Assembly: GCA_030141605.1 (NCBI GenBank)
Contig: JAQGDQ010000013.1
Span: 944,447 to 1,008,446, forward strand
Reading direction: 5' to 3'
Length of the DNA: 64,000 bases
From: Tubiluchus corallicola
Lineage: Eukaryota > Animalia > Priapulida
The notes beneath the pieces are model-generated. The model searched no databases, was not told the DNA's origin, and was given only the letters and a program-made list of their open reading frames with translations. Shown here one piece after another: positions 47,297-61,000 of this stretch. Positions within the stretch are counted from its first letter, which is position 1; each line of letters starts with the position of its first letter. Position numbers and translations under genes: made by a program.

Positions 47297-47633
47297 CAGT
47301 GTTTCCCAAACTGAACCAGTAAGTGACCCCTTTCAGTAGTACCAAATCTACCATGACCCCCGTCTCTATAAGCCTTCTGAAAACGTATTAATTTTTTATA
47401 TTGCAGATAAGTTATTCATTTTAATGATTAATCATAGCAGAGAGAGCAATAACAAAAATGTTTATTACCGTTTATTAATGTTTATTAACAAGCACTGATT
47501 AAATCATGTATTTTAATGAGAAGGATGCATTTACTTTTTTGATCTACAAAAAAGTCATGGGACCACCCAAGGCCCCCCCCCCAAATGCTCATGACACCTT
47601 TGGGGGTCATAACCTACACTTTGGAAACTACTG
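47297..47633. mobile_element. hAT (Charlie/MER5-like) MITE
   Basis: Termini CAGTGTTTCCCAAACTG ... CACTTTGGAAACTACTG; flanks ATCTAGGA / AGCTAGGA (7/8 TSD match). Confidence 0.7.
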
Positions 47634-47773
47634 AGCTAGGATAATACTTTTATTAAAATGAGACAATGGACCATGAGAGGTGTTTCAGTGAGCCATATAT
47701 ACATCTCTCTCAGTGAGGCAATATACCCAAAAGAAGCACGATATATAAAACATCAAACCACACAGAATGATGT

Positions 47774-47826
47774 GGCAGTCACCCATTCATTTAGTCATCA
47801 GAAATGATGTTGCTTAACTTCAGTTG
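47774..47826 (-). mobile_element. 5S rRNA-derived fragment (SINE3-like remnant)
   Basis: Minus strand GAAGTTAAGCAACATCATTTCTGATGACTAAATGAATGGGTGACTGCC aligns without gaps to the 5S internal control region as recalled (GAAGTTAAGCAACGTCGGGCCCGGTTAGTACTTGGATGGGTGACCGCC). Similar pieces at ~33923-33975, ~44212-44265 and ~63056-63100. Confidence 0.55.
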
Positions 47827-48959
47827 TTAAACACAGTCTGCCATATAAAACCTGCAGAAAGAGCTTCAGGTTTTGACTAAACGCGAATGTCAGATGAAAT
47901 GAAATTTAAATCTGCTAAAGAAAACCATCTGCAAACTGGAAAACCCTAAAAATAGTGAAAAGTAAACAATTTCTTACAAATTACAATGTTTTTTCTATAA
48001 GAAACTACGATCAGAAGTGCCCACAAACAAGCAATACTACAGACCTGTGCATCGTTCTCTAACTGATGTTCATGAAGTAGTGCAATACCCGAAAAAACCT
48101 GAAATATTTTCTCTTTGCTAATGTAAAATTACAGAAATCATTTGTTTATTATTTTAATGACTTAAAATAATAAACCAGCTGGCTCAAGGAATTTTGTTAT
48201 TGCATATTACACAGATTGGTTGTTAACTGCAAAAACGTAATTTTTAAATGGGTAATCCCAGTGAGCACTTCAAATCAATAGGTTAGTTTTTTCTGTAAGA
48301 TAAATAACAATTTCGTACAAAAATGAATTCGGTTATACAATTGCTGGTCGCGTCCTTGAATGTTAAAAAATATGAGAAAAACAATAGCAGAAACAAATAC
48401 CCCTATTCTACACTAACCTAAAATAAATGACATTGAAACAGTTGCAGGGCAGAGTAAGTGAGAAATGCAAAAAACCTATCATGCTGCCGAGCAGCAGACG
48501 AAATTTAACAGTAACAGACTATCAGTACGTACGTGCGCAGGCTCGACGAAATTTTAAAAGCAAATAAATACTCTAGAAAAATGCTTATTGCTTTTGCGAA
48601 TTCTACTTAGTTCAGCGAACTATATATACCACCAATGAAACAGCCGGCTGCGACACTGCGGTAACGTTCGGGCAAGGATCCTAATCCTGTGGAAAAAGCA
48701 GACAAAATGTCGGGTAATTTCTTCCACAAATGAAGAAACATCGTCTGATTACTTGCAAAAAATTGTTCAGAAAGTTTGGTTTAGTCTTCAAGCTGAGCAG
48801 CAGTTAAAGTTTAGTCTCAGGCATTTGCTAGTTGAAATATTATGTTACGCAACTCAAAGCAGATGTCGTCTATAATGTTTAGTTTTAACAACGTGACCGA
48901 CTGCCATGAAGCATGTAAGGTGTCTGACGTTAAGTAATTTTAGCAATGGAAAAGTTAGA

Positions 48960-49260
48960 AAATCTCTGAAACATACCGTATCTCAATTGACTTTGATGCC
49001 TCTCTGACATCACTGGCAGCTGCACAAATCACAACAAACAATAACTGGAAAATACAGCACTCAAAAACCTGCGAGAAAAAGTACACAGGGGAAGAAAAAC
49101 ACTCCACTGATGCGTGCAACAGAGGGGTAAAAAAACGTACAGCAAAGTCAAACTGACCGTGCGCATACACCTCCAGCCCCCCGCTAGCGGGACGGCACTG
49201 AGATGGTGACAAACCATGGCATGCCACGGTAACTCGAGACATGGTTGGTCACCTGTAACA
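48960..49260 (+). mobile_element. Possible degraded RTE-clade LINE ORF2 3' fragment
   Basis: Frameshifted translation resembles RTE C-termini (ASL..AAQI..ENTALK..VHRG...MVGHL); weak similarity only. Confidence 0.3.
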
Positions 49261-51617
49261 ACCAAATTCAAAACAAACTTCTAAAACATGACAAAAGGCT
49301 CGACTTTCCTGGTGGAAGCTCAAAGTCCATTCTGGCATAACAAGAAAAACTTACTGCACTGTTTGCACTTGACCAAAGCATTATTATTTTTAGGAAAAAG
49401 CTTCACTAGGTGAAGTGTAATATGAAGCTCAGTAAACTGCTCTCATAATAGCTGGTCCAGTTCCAGAGAACAATGTAAACACTTGGATAATTGACCGAGC
49501 TTGTGTAGATAAACAATGAATGTTTACAAAGCTCGTTAAACACATTTAGAAAGTATTTAGCTACTGACTACAAAAATAATAGCTTACGCTTTTATGCAAA
49601 TTTAAGTTATTTGATGAAAGCGATATAATTTCTACACACAAACTGAGTGATTTTTTTAAAAAAAGAAACCCTTTAACTTACGCATAGAAGCACAATGAAA
49701 CCTGACTACACTCTTCTCAGTTCTCCAGTGAACTGGGCTTCTTAAAAACATAACGAACCAGAACAACGTACCGAGAATTCATAAAAACATAATTCCTAAC
49801 CACGTACTGAGAAACCTAACCCTATTCTATTTATTCTCCTGCCTTCATTTACAATACAATACGTTACCATCCCAATGCATCCTGCTTCCGCTAGCTACCA
49901 TATGACTTTCCGGCCGGCTGCTGCATTAAATGAGCAGTTGTTGTACAAGTGGGTTTCACTGGGCTTCGCTTGGCAAACTCTTATTATGTCAACGTAATTT
50001 TAGATGCTGACACACATCTGGCCTCGAGGCAGTCTCTCAAATCAACATTGGCTTCTGATTCAAGCCGTAAAAGTTTACGGCCCAGCTGTGATTGTCACAG
50101 CTAAACATTCTATCAGTTGAATTGCAAACATTGAACAGAGTGCGTATCGAGAAAGAGGAGGCGCATCCCATCATGAAACTTAAAGAGCTGACAGGTGTAC
50201 AATTGCTTACGCCATGTTTATAATCTTTCAGTTACAAGTCGAGCACTGTCTGCTCTATCAGACCATAACAAAACACGCTATAACTATTAAAAATTTAATA
50301 ATATTTCTACTCCCGAACAGCCACAAACTAAAAACGACGATGTTTGTAAAGGAATCGAAAATGAAAAAGCAAATTTGAAAACTTTCAAAACCACGAACTA
50401 TGTGATTTAGCAATTGCAAATATAATCCCCTATATCTATTTCCCTGTAATTAAACTTTATATACGAACATACAGTAACCTTAAGATGTATAACAATACAC
50501 CGAAGTGCATATTTATTTAATTAGTTCCTAAACACCACAAAAGACCATGATAAATGCACCAGAAATCATTCCTGGATTTCAGATCAAACAACAGAATTTT
50601 ATGCAGTGAGAAAAACAGTTAAAGGTATTACAAATAAGTGAAACAATTATTAACTCAGCGAGCAGTCGGAAGCAAGGTATTATGAACATTTCATCCAAGT
50701 AACGTACTGATGAAATTGAGGAAAAAAATAGATTAGAGTATTAGAAACAATGAAGGATCCAGTATCAATTTACCATGAGAAAAACTCATTCAAACTAGAA
50801 ACTATTGCTTCACACTCTTTATTTATTACTGAACAAATTAAAACCACACAATCACTGGATTTCTTTTGAAAAGCTTGAATATAGATGAGAACTGACCATC
50901 ACAAACTAAGATGACAAAGACTGAACCACCACTTGATGTCAGGACACTAGAAAGTCTCAAACCAGATTAGGCAGATCATAAATGTACTACATTTAAACTT
51001 CAGAAGGGGCGAAACCAAATTTAACAGATAAGGAGAAATGGATGTACCTAACACTAATAACCATGTAAGATAAAAAGAAACAATAAATTAATATTTTATT
51101 TATGTCGGAGTTAAGGCAAAAGCAAGATGGGTAACACTATGCTGTAATGCGTTGTAATAACAAGTGTACTAACGATGCCAAACATGGCTGCTATCCAACC
51201 AAACCCCGATTTGCAAAATTATAATAGCTTTTGAAAATGAGACACAGCACTGATGTAATAAATAATTGTAAATTTGATTATTATTTCCAAATCAACATCA
51301 ACCAGAGAGCAATGACAAGCAAAGGCCAAATTCCGAGGCTCAATTAGCTGCCCAAGCTTTAGTTGCCAAATTGAAGAATGCATATACTTAACACTTCAGA
51401 TCACTTTCATGAGAAATTATAATATTTTATAAACCACATTGACCATTTTGCAGTAAGCTAAGTACTATGGTATTGACTATCTTTTCCTTTCATTTCAGTC
51501 TACAACTGAACTGTTTAGCATCCTCCGTTAGCTTAGATAGCAACAAATTTGTTAACTGATATCTTACACTTTTTATTTATTCTCTTAACAAATTTTTTGA
51601 CCCTTTTTTGATCACTG

Positions 51618-51719
<102 letters not shown>

Positions 51720-53231
51720 AGAATTTACTGTTTATTGCTAATAATGCTAATAAGGTATCATAAGTGCTCAGTAGTTTAGTGAAGAACACAGACTTTCAGA
51801 AATGAATTGCATTAACTGTTTGTTTTATTACTTGTATGTGATCTTGTTGGAAAATGCTAGCACCTCTTCCACATTTGATATTAGCATAAATGGACCAGTT
51901 GTAGATGACATAAATGACAATATGTAGCAAACTAATGGTTCAACAGTGTGCTTTTACTTATAATAGCTCAGCCTGAACTGTTAGTGTCATGACTCCGTGA
52001 GGAATCTTACGAAAACATCTTCAAATTGCTAACATTATTATATCATCAACCTGACTTCCAGTATTAAATCTTTAGCTTCATTATTAACTATAAGGTGTGA
52101 TTTACTGGATTTGCAGTATCAGTCGTATGCACACAAACTAAGAATGTAAGAAAATGAACACTTGATTTATGTAACAATGGCTATGTACAAATGTGACGTT
52201 GCATTTCATCAGCTAACGATCTCAGGTAGATTGATGATAGGCTAATACTATTACACAGTCAATAATTACTATCATAGTTCAAGGCCATACGAAGGTGTCA
52301 CTAATGAAACAATGAGTAGAGGTACCATTACACATTCAAGAAAACAGTGTTAAGTGTCACCTAATATGTCACACTATTTGGACAGTTTTACATCTTGCGG
52401 TAGTCTAGTCTGTGTAGGAAGCTGCGAATTGTTGTGCTGCCTCTCTTGTCTCAGGTGTCTTTTGAGAGTGAAATTCTTCTAATTTTTTTAAACAATGAGT
52501 GACTGGAGCATCTAGGTCAAGGATTAAAATAAAAAATGATCAACTAAATCAGGTATAAACTGTAAAGTCTAAATATGCAACACACGAGTGAATATATAAA
52601 TGACAGTAAATTCTAACTCAAGTTAAATGGCTTAACACTGAGTAGTTTCTGAATTTGAATGGTCTAATTCAATACACAAATTGCAAAAAGTTAATCATCC
52701 AGTGGGGGTCAACCTCGCAACGGTCAATTGGCTCTCCGTTGGTCTTCCCTCTCTTTCACCTAAGTTGCGCAACAAAAGTGGCTCCCAATTAAACACATTA
52801 TTTTTGTTTTCTCCAGTCGTACAAGATTTCTGCAACTAAAATTTGTCTGGCAGTTGTACAGAGACACTATAGTGATGAAACATTATGCTTGAGTTATATA
52901 GTTATATAGATGTATAGTGCCTGGAAAGATTAGAAACAGTCAGATTCATCAGTTTCTCCAATCCAAAAAACTCAAACAAATCTGCCTCTGAAAAAATCTC
53001 TTCCAGCTAGGTAAATAACATGAGCTGAGCCTTCATAATTAATAAAAATGGTATCTGTCCCAAGATAAATAGTTTCATATTTTTCAATTAAAGCTTCTAT
53101 GCTGTTACAATAAATTGCCATATGCTAGTATTGCATTAATGTTTATTAAGGTTGAACATCCAGTATCTGGCAGACTTCTTAATTGTTATTCACAGTATAT
53201 CTGGTGTAATTAACGTATATTGTTTAAACCC

Positions 53232-53965
53232 TAATGTTGGGTGCCGAGTAACCCACTAGCCAAAGTAGGACGTGTCGTACGTGGGCTAGCCCAAGTAGGA
53301 AGCGTCGTACATGGGCTGCCCAAGGACACTAGAGACAGGTCACGAATTGAGTTGTTTCGCATACTGGCACCGTCCATTGTAGTTGTTTATGTAATAATAA
53401 TAATTAAAAACGTCAATACACGTTGAAAAATTTATTATACATCTGATAAAATAAAAGAATTTTATTCTGAGCTAGAAGAATTAATATTTGCCAATATTAA
53501 TCTTTTTTGAAGTGAAATAAGCCCACTTTTTAGGCAATTTCAACATTTGCTTAAGGTATAATATCATTTTTTATTTTGTCTTGCTTCACAGACTGGTGAT
53601 TCTTTTCACTCCCTCTTGAACAAATAATTGTTTTCTACTAAGTAAATGGGTTATGTGCCCTACATAGTTTCTCTCTTTAAAGCATTAGATACTTAGTTTA
53701 ATGTTATGATGATATTAATGGAGCTAATAGTAATGATGATATTGTTGTAAAAATACATTTGTAAACTGTCAAGGAGTAAGTTACATTTTTTCTAACACAA
53801 ATTTAGTTTTACGTTTTATTATGTCATAATCTAGATTCTCGACAGAAATCGCTAGTGTCGTAGTTGGGCTGCCCATGTATGACACTGCTTTTCCGCAAAT
53901 TTAGCACATGCGTATTACCGGACGTGTTCTACTTCGGCTAGTGGATTACTCGGCGCCCTACACTA
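53232..53965. mobile_element. TA-flanked element with long imperfect TIRs
   Basis: Left TGTTGGGTGCCGAGTAACCCACTAGCCAAAGTAGGA versus reverse complement of right TGTAGGGCGCCGAGTAATCCACTAGCCGAAGTAGAA; subterminal repeats CGTACRTGGGCT. Confidence 0.75.
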
Positions 53966-54065
53966 ATACTGCTTATACTAAGTCTTTAAGACTGATCATT
54001 CATAATGTTTAATACGACCTTAAACGTATGATCATTTTGTAGATTTTATAAAAGATACTTTCCTT

Positions 54066-54355
54066 GTACCATATTTTCCTAGTACCAGTTGAAGTTTTTC
54101 AGTACTAAACTTTCCTACTACCAAACCTGTTCTGTACCATTTTTACCTTGTATCAGATTTATGTGTGCCAAAAATGCTTGCCAACCTTTGCCAGTACTGG
54201 ACTAAACTTTACCAGCACCGCATTTTCGCTGTACCCATTTTTCCCAATACTAAAATTTCGCTGTACAAAAAATTCCTAGGAGCAAATTTTCCCGGTACCA
54301 AAAGTACTAGGACCAAATTTACTTGTATCAAACTTACTAGTACCGAATTTTTCCA
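54066..54355. repeat. Degenerate ~15-16-bp tandem ladder (GTACCAAATTTTCCT-like), probably a transposon subterminal array
   Basis: Recurring TAC(C/T)AAA(A/T)TTT units over ~290 bp. Confidence 0.6.
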
Positions 54356-55055
54356 CGTTTTCAGTTTGTTTACTTGCAGCGAGGGAGTTTGTGAGAATGT
54401 GTGTTACGTCATTAAGTTGGCGGGGCTAAACGCGGCTTACGATCTGTGTATTATCATTATGGAGTCTAAGCCATACAATGACATAAGACCATGAGTCATT
54501 GAATAACTGTGACAAACGTATTCAGTTCATCCTGGTAAATTGCAATTTCAAATGAAACTTACTATAATCTTATAAAATGTGCCGACACTCTCGCATTTCG
54601 AAATTGTCAAAATTAAATGGCTTCACTTAGTTTTTTGCTAGGCACTTGTAAAACAGTAAACGTTTCCTTCCACCAGCTGAGATTTGCCGCAAAGTTCGAT
54701 ACAGAAGAGTTCCCGTGTTGCTGAAATTGTTGTAGTGCGAATTTTTGTGAAATTATCTAGCTTTTTATTTGTATATTAACCGTAGTTATTATTTACCACG
54801 AATGTTTCTGCTTTTTACTTAAAATATCTATTAATTTTTACATGAATTCGCATATTTGAGCGAATAAGCTAAATTATACTAAATTAATATAATTCCAGGT
54901 TCAGTTGGCTTATAATTATTGTTTTTCAGGAAGTCTAGCTTGCACCAATGGCACTAGGATTTATTAAACACTGAACAGAGATTTCATCCTTCAAGTAATA
55001 TTCCCATAATTTAGCTTAGGCAAAACAAGAACACAGGCGTTATGATGAGAGTGCT

Positions 55056-58000
55056 ATGGAGAAAGAAGATAACCTAGATAAATACAAAGAGTAAGATCGT
55101 TTAAATTGTTGATTATCAATATAATTGGTCGTGTTTGGACATTGCTGTCACTTTTTTGCTGCAATATAAAGTGCTACTGAACCATTACCAGTTGATAATA
55201 ATTTTTCTGTTTGTTTTTCTAAATGCAATTCTGTTTAGTAGTCTATCGTTTTGATGTCCTAGATATTTTCAGGCTGGGATTCTTGTATCAGAATTTTCAC
55301 TATTTTTTGTTAGGGATTCTAAAAAAATAATGAAAATAATCTAGAAAGAGTGAAAACCCTGTCACAGTTACTCTGTTTTATATAGCACCTTGTAAATGCC
55401 AAAAAATTGCGTGAATGAAATGTAATAAGAGGGCAGTACACTGTAAATTGTTGTTAAAACACTTTTCACTTGTCTGAGTGGATACGAGAGCTTTTATTGT
55501 ACACATGTATGTATTAGTTCAATAATTATTATTGACTGGTGACACCAATATGTAAGCGGTGCATGTAATAATATTCCAATGTTTATTGACTACATTTCAG
55601 TGGCATTTTCATGTCTGGCAAAGATTACTACACACAAATTTTTTTTCATTGTGTCAGACTGTTGAGTCTAAAATTAAGAGTGAGAGACGATGCATACTAA
55701 ATAATTCTTTTATAAACTAATGCCATTTAGTTCCTTTGTATTGCTAAAATTTTTTCCTGATTTCCCTCTTCTTTTGCTTGAGGCAACGTAGTTATATTAG
55801 GTGTGAGAAGTGAGTTACAAGCAGTGATTTGTTAGAAGAGGAACATAAAAACATTTGTGATGTAAATCAGTCAGAGGGTGATATGAGAAGCTGCGAGCAA
55901 AAAATAATGTATGTATGGGAAAAGTTAAATATTTTGTGGCTTTCGGCTGTAGGTAAGAATGACTTGTTTTATAAATGTGGATCCATGAATTGAGCAACGA
56001 AGAGGGGCATCAGGAAAATGGAAAGTCAAAGGAGAACAGGCTGAAGATTAAGGAGAGTTTCTTTTTCTTTATTTTCCTAGAAGAAAAAGAAAAAAGGGCT
56101 GATTAGAAAAAGGAATGCCCCTTCTCTTGTTTGGGATGTGCTTGCTCACTTTTTCCTAAAGTCAGTGATTTTGTCATTTTGTGAACATGAAAAAAGCGGA
56201 AAATTTATCTTTAGGAAGATCTGTAGTTATTCACTAAAATTAACCAGGATAAAGAGGCGGGTAAGGAGAGAAGATAGCAAAGAAATAGGAAAAAAAGAAG
56301 AGGAACATATGGAATTTTTTTAAAGACTAAATCAGTCCAAATACCTCATTTTTCTTGCAGTTTTCCCAGTTGAGGCTTAGCAAAAATATTTTGCTTTAAA
56401 AAAGACGATAAGTACAAAGAGAAGCAAACTATTTTTCCAGCATAAGAAACTCAGGTAGAAAGAATTAAGATAAGAAGTAGTTCAAGACAATAGTATGTCA
56501 TATTTGTAATTGTTTTAGTTACTATTCTCGCGAATGGTAGAAGAGAATTCTCTGGCTGCTTGTTGTTGTGTAAACTTGTAACTCTATATTGTCTCGCATC
56601 AACTTGTGCCACCTATAGCACTGGTGTCATAATTTTGACATTGACATTTCTTTCGGAAATTCTTTAGTATTGTATATTAAATGACTTGTTACACCAGCTT
56701 AGTTGAGGTAGGATTGTCTATTGTTGTCATTCATTTCAGAGACCACAAGAAATTGCTGTTTGGTCTTAAATCAACTGTAGAATGGTTATTAGCCAACCAG
56801 GGTGGTATATGGAAAGTTTATGGTGGACTTCCAAAGTTAACCAATGCGGTAGAGAAGATTTTAAAAAATGGCCTGAGACTTCAGCAGGTTTGTTGCATAT
56901 TTTGTACAAACATGTAGCTTGTGAGCTAGTTCTGTGTTACTGTATAAGTTACTTCTGGCTGTTTAAACCAAGGGTGTGCAAATTGCGGCCGGCGGGCCAC
57001 TAGCGCCCCGCCGGGAGAATTTGTGCGGCCCGCGAAGAGATTTGTCAACCTAATGAAAGTGCGGCCCGGGCGATTAATTGAGTGTATCCAGCTGAAGTCC
57101 ATGCCACGATCCCAAAGCTAGTGCGGGTAGTTTTTTCTACTAGATCGGATGCCATTAACCCTTACAAGACGGTTGTAGCTTAGCCATTAACCCTTACAAG
57201 ACGGTTGTAGCTTAATGTCACTGTACTACACAGACTGTGTGATACACATTACTAATATGCATTGTAATGAAATTACCACTATCTGTCCTGAAAGTAGAAA
57301 TATATGGTTTGTAATATAAATTTTAATAACTTCTAAAATGGTTTCTTGAGTGTAGTAGTAATGATGTACGCAGGTCGGATGCAAAACAAATCGTTATTAG
57401 GCCTTTCTGTACTTGGCTCCTTGATCAAACTACCTGTGGCCCGCAGGAATTGCGGGAAAGTTTAATGTGGCCCGGCTAGTCAGATAATTTGCACACCTCT
57501 GGTTTAAACTATTTGTTTAATGTAGTACAGTTTATGCTAAGATTAGATTAGATTAGATTATATTATATGATTAGATTTATACAATCCAAATATGCAATTG
57601 TACATTTAAAATAAAATCTTAGAAATAAATATGATTAGTTAATGTTTTTGGAGGGGAGAAACCAACTAGGCTTCAATGCACTTACGGTGTACCACATTAA
57701 TTATAGTTATTTCTATTAAATTTACAAACAGGACTAAAATCAAATGTAAGTAGTTTAAATGAAAAAGAATGTAAGTTGTTGGCATTAATAATCACCTACG
57801 GTAAACTTTTCCACATATCGATTATAACCACTAACAAGTAATTATAATTATTTGTGAATAATAATTACTTGAGATCTTTTAATATTTTTTCTCCAAAGTA
57901 AGCGCAAAATCTGCTCCAATTAGACAAGGGAAGTGAAGTTTATTTTTACCTTTATTAAAATCTTGTTTTTGTTAAAAATTCTAGTAGTACTAGCTCCCAA

Positions 58001-61000
58001 TGCTTTTATTTAATCAAACTAAAAAAAATTGTGGATCTAACCTAAATGATGTTTATTGTTAGTATGTATATTTACATAAAGTATCATTGTTCTTCAATTA
58101 AAAGATATAAGTATAAATATAAAGGACTTCAAGTCTAGTATGCAATATAGGATACCTAATTCATTGTTTTAGAGTTAGTTTCATTTGTTAGGGTTTCACA
58201 GAAGGAGATTTTTGGCCACTGATTAGTGATCAGCGTTGGCTTCATCCAAAGCTGGCCGATTCTGTGCATTGTGCAGAAAAAGCAGTGCTCAGTGATAGGC
58301 ATCTACGAGTGAGATTAGTCTGGGTCCAGCTATGTCTTCAAGCTCACAATTTGTCCTTGATGATGCGCTTGGTGTTGTCATCAGAAGAAGATTTGCATCA
58401 ATACTACCATGGTAAGAATGTTGTTGTCTGTCGGTGAGTTACAGAACTGCTGTAAAATGTGTGAGTAACATCTGTGTAATAGTGGTACGTTTTAATACTG
58501 ACAGCTTAAAATATTTTAAACAGTTTAATTATGTTGATATTATGTTAATTTTGCATCAGTTCATGTGAACTTATTTACAAAGTATTTAGTCCACACGAAC
58601 TTAACAGCGTCGTTATTACGTTGACTTAACTATTAGTAATGACGTTAAGTTAATGTTAAGTTAAGTTAATGACAGCTTTGTGAAACTGAGCCTTGGTTCC
58701 ATTAAGAAATTGAGAGTTATAATCTTATAACTCATAGAATTCTTAAAGGAAACAAAATCCACTGTGGGAAGGGACAAAAAGTTTCAAAACTCAAGGAACA
58801 CAGTTCAGTTTCATTCAAAGAAGTTTATTGCCGAGTACTTTCCGAACAATGTCTGTAAATTTGATCTTATTATAATGTACTTATTATAATGTTTGAAACA
58901 ATGTGTCTTTTCTGTTATAGTTTTGGTTTCATCAAAAACTTATATACATAGTTACACCAGTCTATTGTACTTCTTAATGCTACACTTCCATGACTGCCTT
59001 CATGTGAGAGGATTTTATATAGATTGCATAAAAACCTGTTAGCTGATCACTTAGTGCTCTTCCATAATTGTTAATGATTGTATGTATTCATTTTAATCAT
59101 TGTTGTACTAATAAATACAGTATAAACCAACAATGTGTTTAACTTAGTTTTTTTTACCAATCATTACTACTTTTTACTAAGCACATTTGCGTAGTTGTTG
59201 AAACTTGTTAGTCTTCCAATTCTTCAATATACTGTTTTTTCACTTCTTGTCTGTTGATATTGATGTTTCAGGCTATGCATTATTGTTGCAACCCAAGTGT
59301 GTTGAAGTAATGGTCTCCTGTTTGAGAGCCTTGGAACAGAACAATCCGGCTTTTCTAAACAACCTTTGTCCTGATCTTGTAAGGAGTGATTATTATAACT
59401 ACTATGTATTAGTCATACTGACTTCATATTTTTCATTCTTATATTATCAGTTTATTAAGTACATACATACTGCATTTTAACTTATGGATTATTACTAATC
59501 AAATAGTAGTTATCACCATATGTATATTTAAGCACCGGAAGAAAGAGAATGAAAAAATAATATGTGCCAATGTTTGAATAGAGGTACAGAATTGCAATGT
59601 AACAATTATTACAATTAGAGCAATCAAAAAAAGCTCCCTAGTATATTAAAAATGTATTGAAAAATGCTGTTGCTCATTCTCAGCTTTTGCGAATTTTACT
59701 AGTATTTGTTTTACAGCCGGATTAACATGCAAGAATACATGTTTATGTTTATGTTACCTGTTAATGTTAATGTAATTGTTTTTCTACACTACCGATGGAC
59801 AGCTGGGAAAGCTTTGATTGTTTTACATTGCCGATGTAAAGCTTACGGAGCTTGCATTGTATTAACAGTGTTTCTGCAAATTATGCAAAGTCTATTGTAG
59901 AGTGTACATCTTTTACCACTTAGCGGGCATCACTGGGGTGGCTTTGTTTACCACCAGTGCAGAGATAGTGCTTAGGCTTTGTGGTCTGAAAAAATGTTTT
60001 AATGTGTTATATTCATTGACATGATGCTACAACGAATCCATTTTTCAGTTGAAAAGTTACAAGAGCTGGTGCTTAAATAAGCTCTTATTTGAACAAGGGC
60101 CGGTAATTTCAATGATTGGAAAAAATAAGGTGCCAGGCCCTAAAACAAGATAGTTTTTCATTTTTTCGTCATTAGATATCAGTTGCATCGATACAAACAG
60201 CAGTACAAAGCAAAAGGATCTTTAAAAGAGAAATTTTGATGTGTGGCTGATAGATCATCATTGGTACCATTTTCAGTGTTTTTTCAAATTGCTAATTAGG
60301 AAGATTACTGAGACGTGTTTATTCTGTTTGCTAACACTGTATTATTTTTGCAGATGAGTGTTTCAGTGAAACCAAAAAGTCCAAAGAGATTCATATATCG
60401 TCATCAACGCAGCAGCTCCTTACCAACTACCTCTTATCGTCGTAGTAGCATTGATCATCTTCTGACGATCAAGGAGCAGCCATCACCTGTCAGAAGTAAA
60501 AATTTGATATCATTTACATGTGCCTGTTGTTTACTTTTTTGTTTATAATCAGGTGAACTATTTGATGCTTGAAATGATTTTGGAATGTGATTTTATTTCA
60601 TAAATAAGCCTTTTTTAGTGTTTTTAACCTACATTGTTTTGAAAAAGAACTTGGACAAGATCATGGATAATGGCAGGTTAACCAAGAAAAATCAAGTCAA
60701 AGTTTGACGTAGCGATGCCCTCACACACTGCATTTTATGTGCTAAATTAAAAATCCCAATTAAATGCGCAGTTATGTCGCGTTCAGATGTAGAAATTTCT
60801 CTCCTAATTTGTTGCACAACTTCTATTTGTCACTGACTTGGCAACTTCTCTCGCAAGTTATAGTGCAAGTTAACTCAATAAGTTGCAAGCGGTTACTAAA
60901 CCGTTCACGCATTGCAACAAGTTGCGAGAGAAGTTGCCAAAACGTCCAGACGTGCTACTTTGCTCTCAGAGAGAATTTTCATAATAAGTTGCGAGAGAAG

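Noticed and set aside
47774-47826. Functional 5S rRNA gene
   Set aside because: Only the internal ~50 nt match, with many substitutions; the 5' and 3' helices are absent.
50420-51110. Degraded CR1/L2-like reverse transcriptase remnant
   Set aside because: Only vague similarity with many stops and frameshifts; cannot be supported without a profile search.
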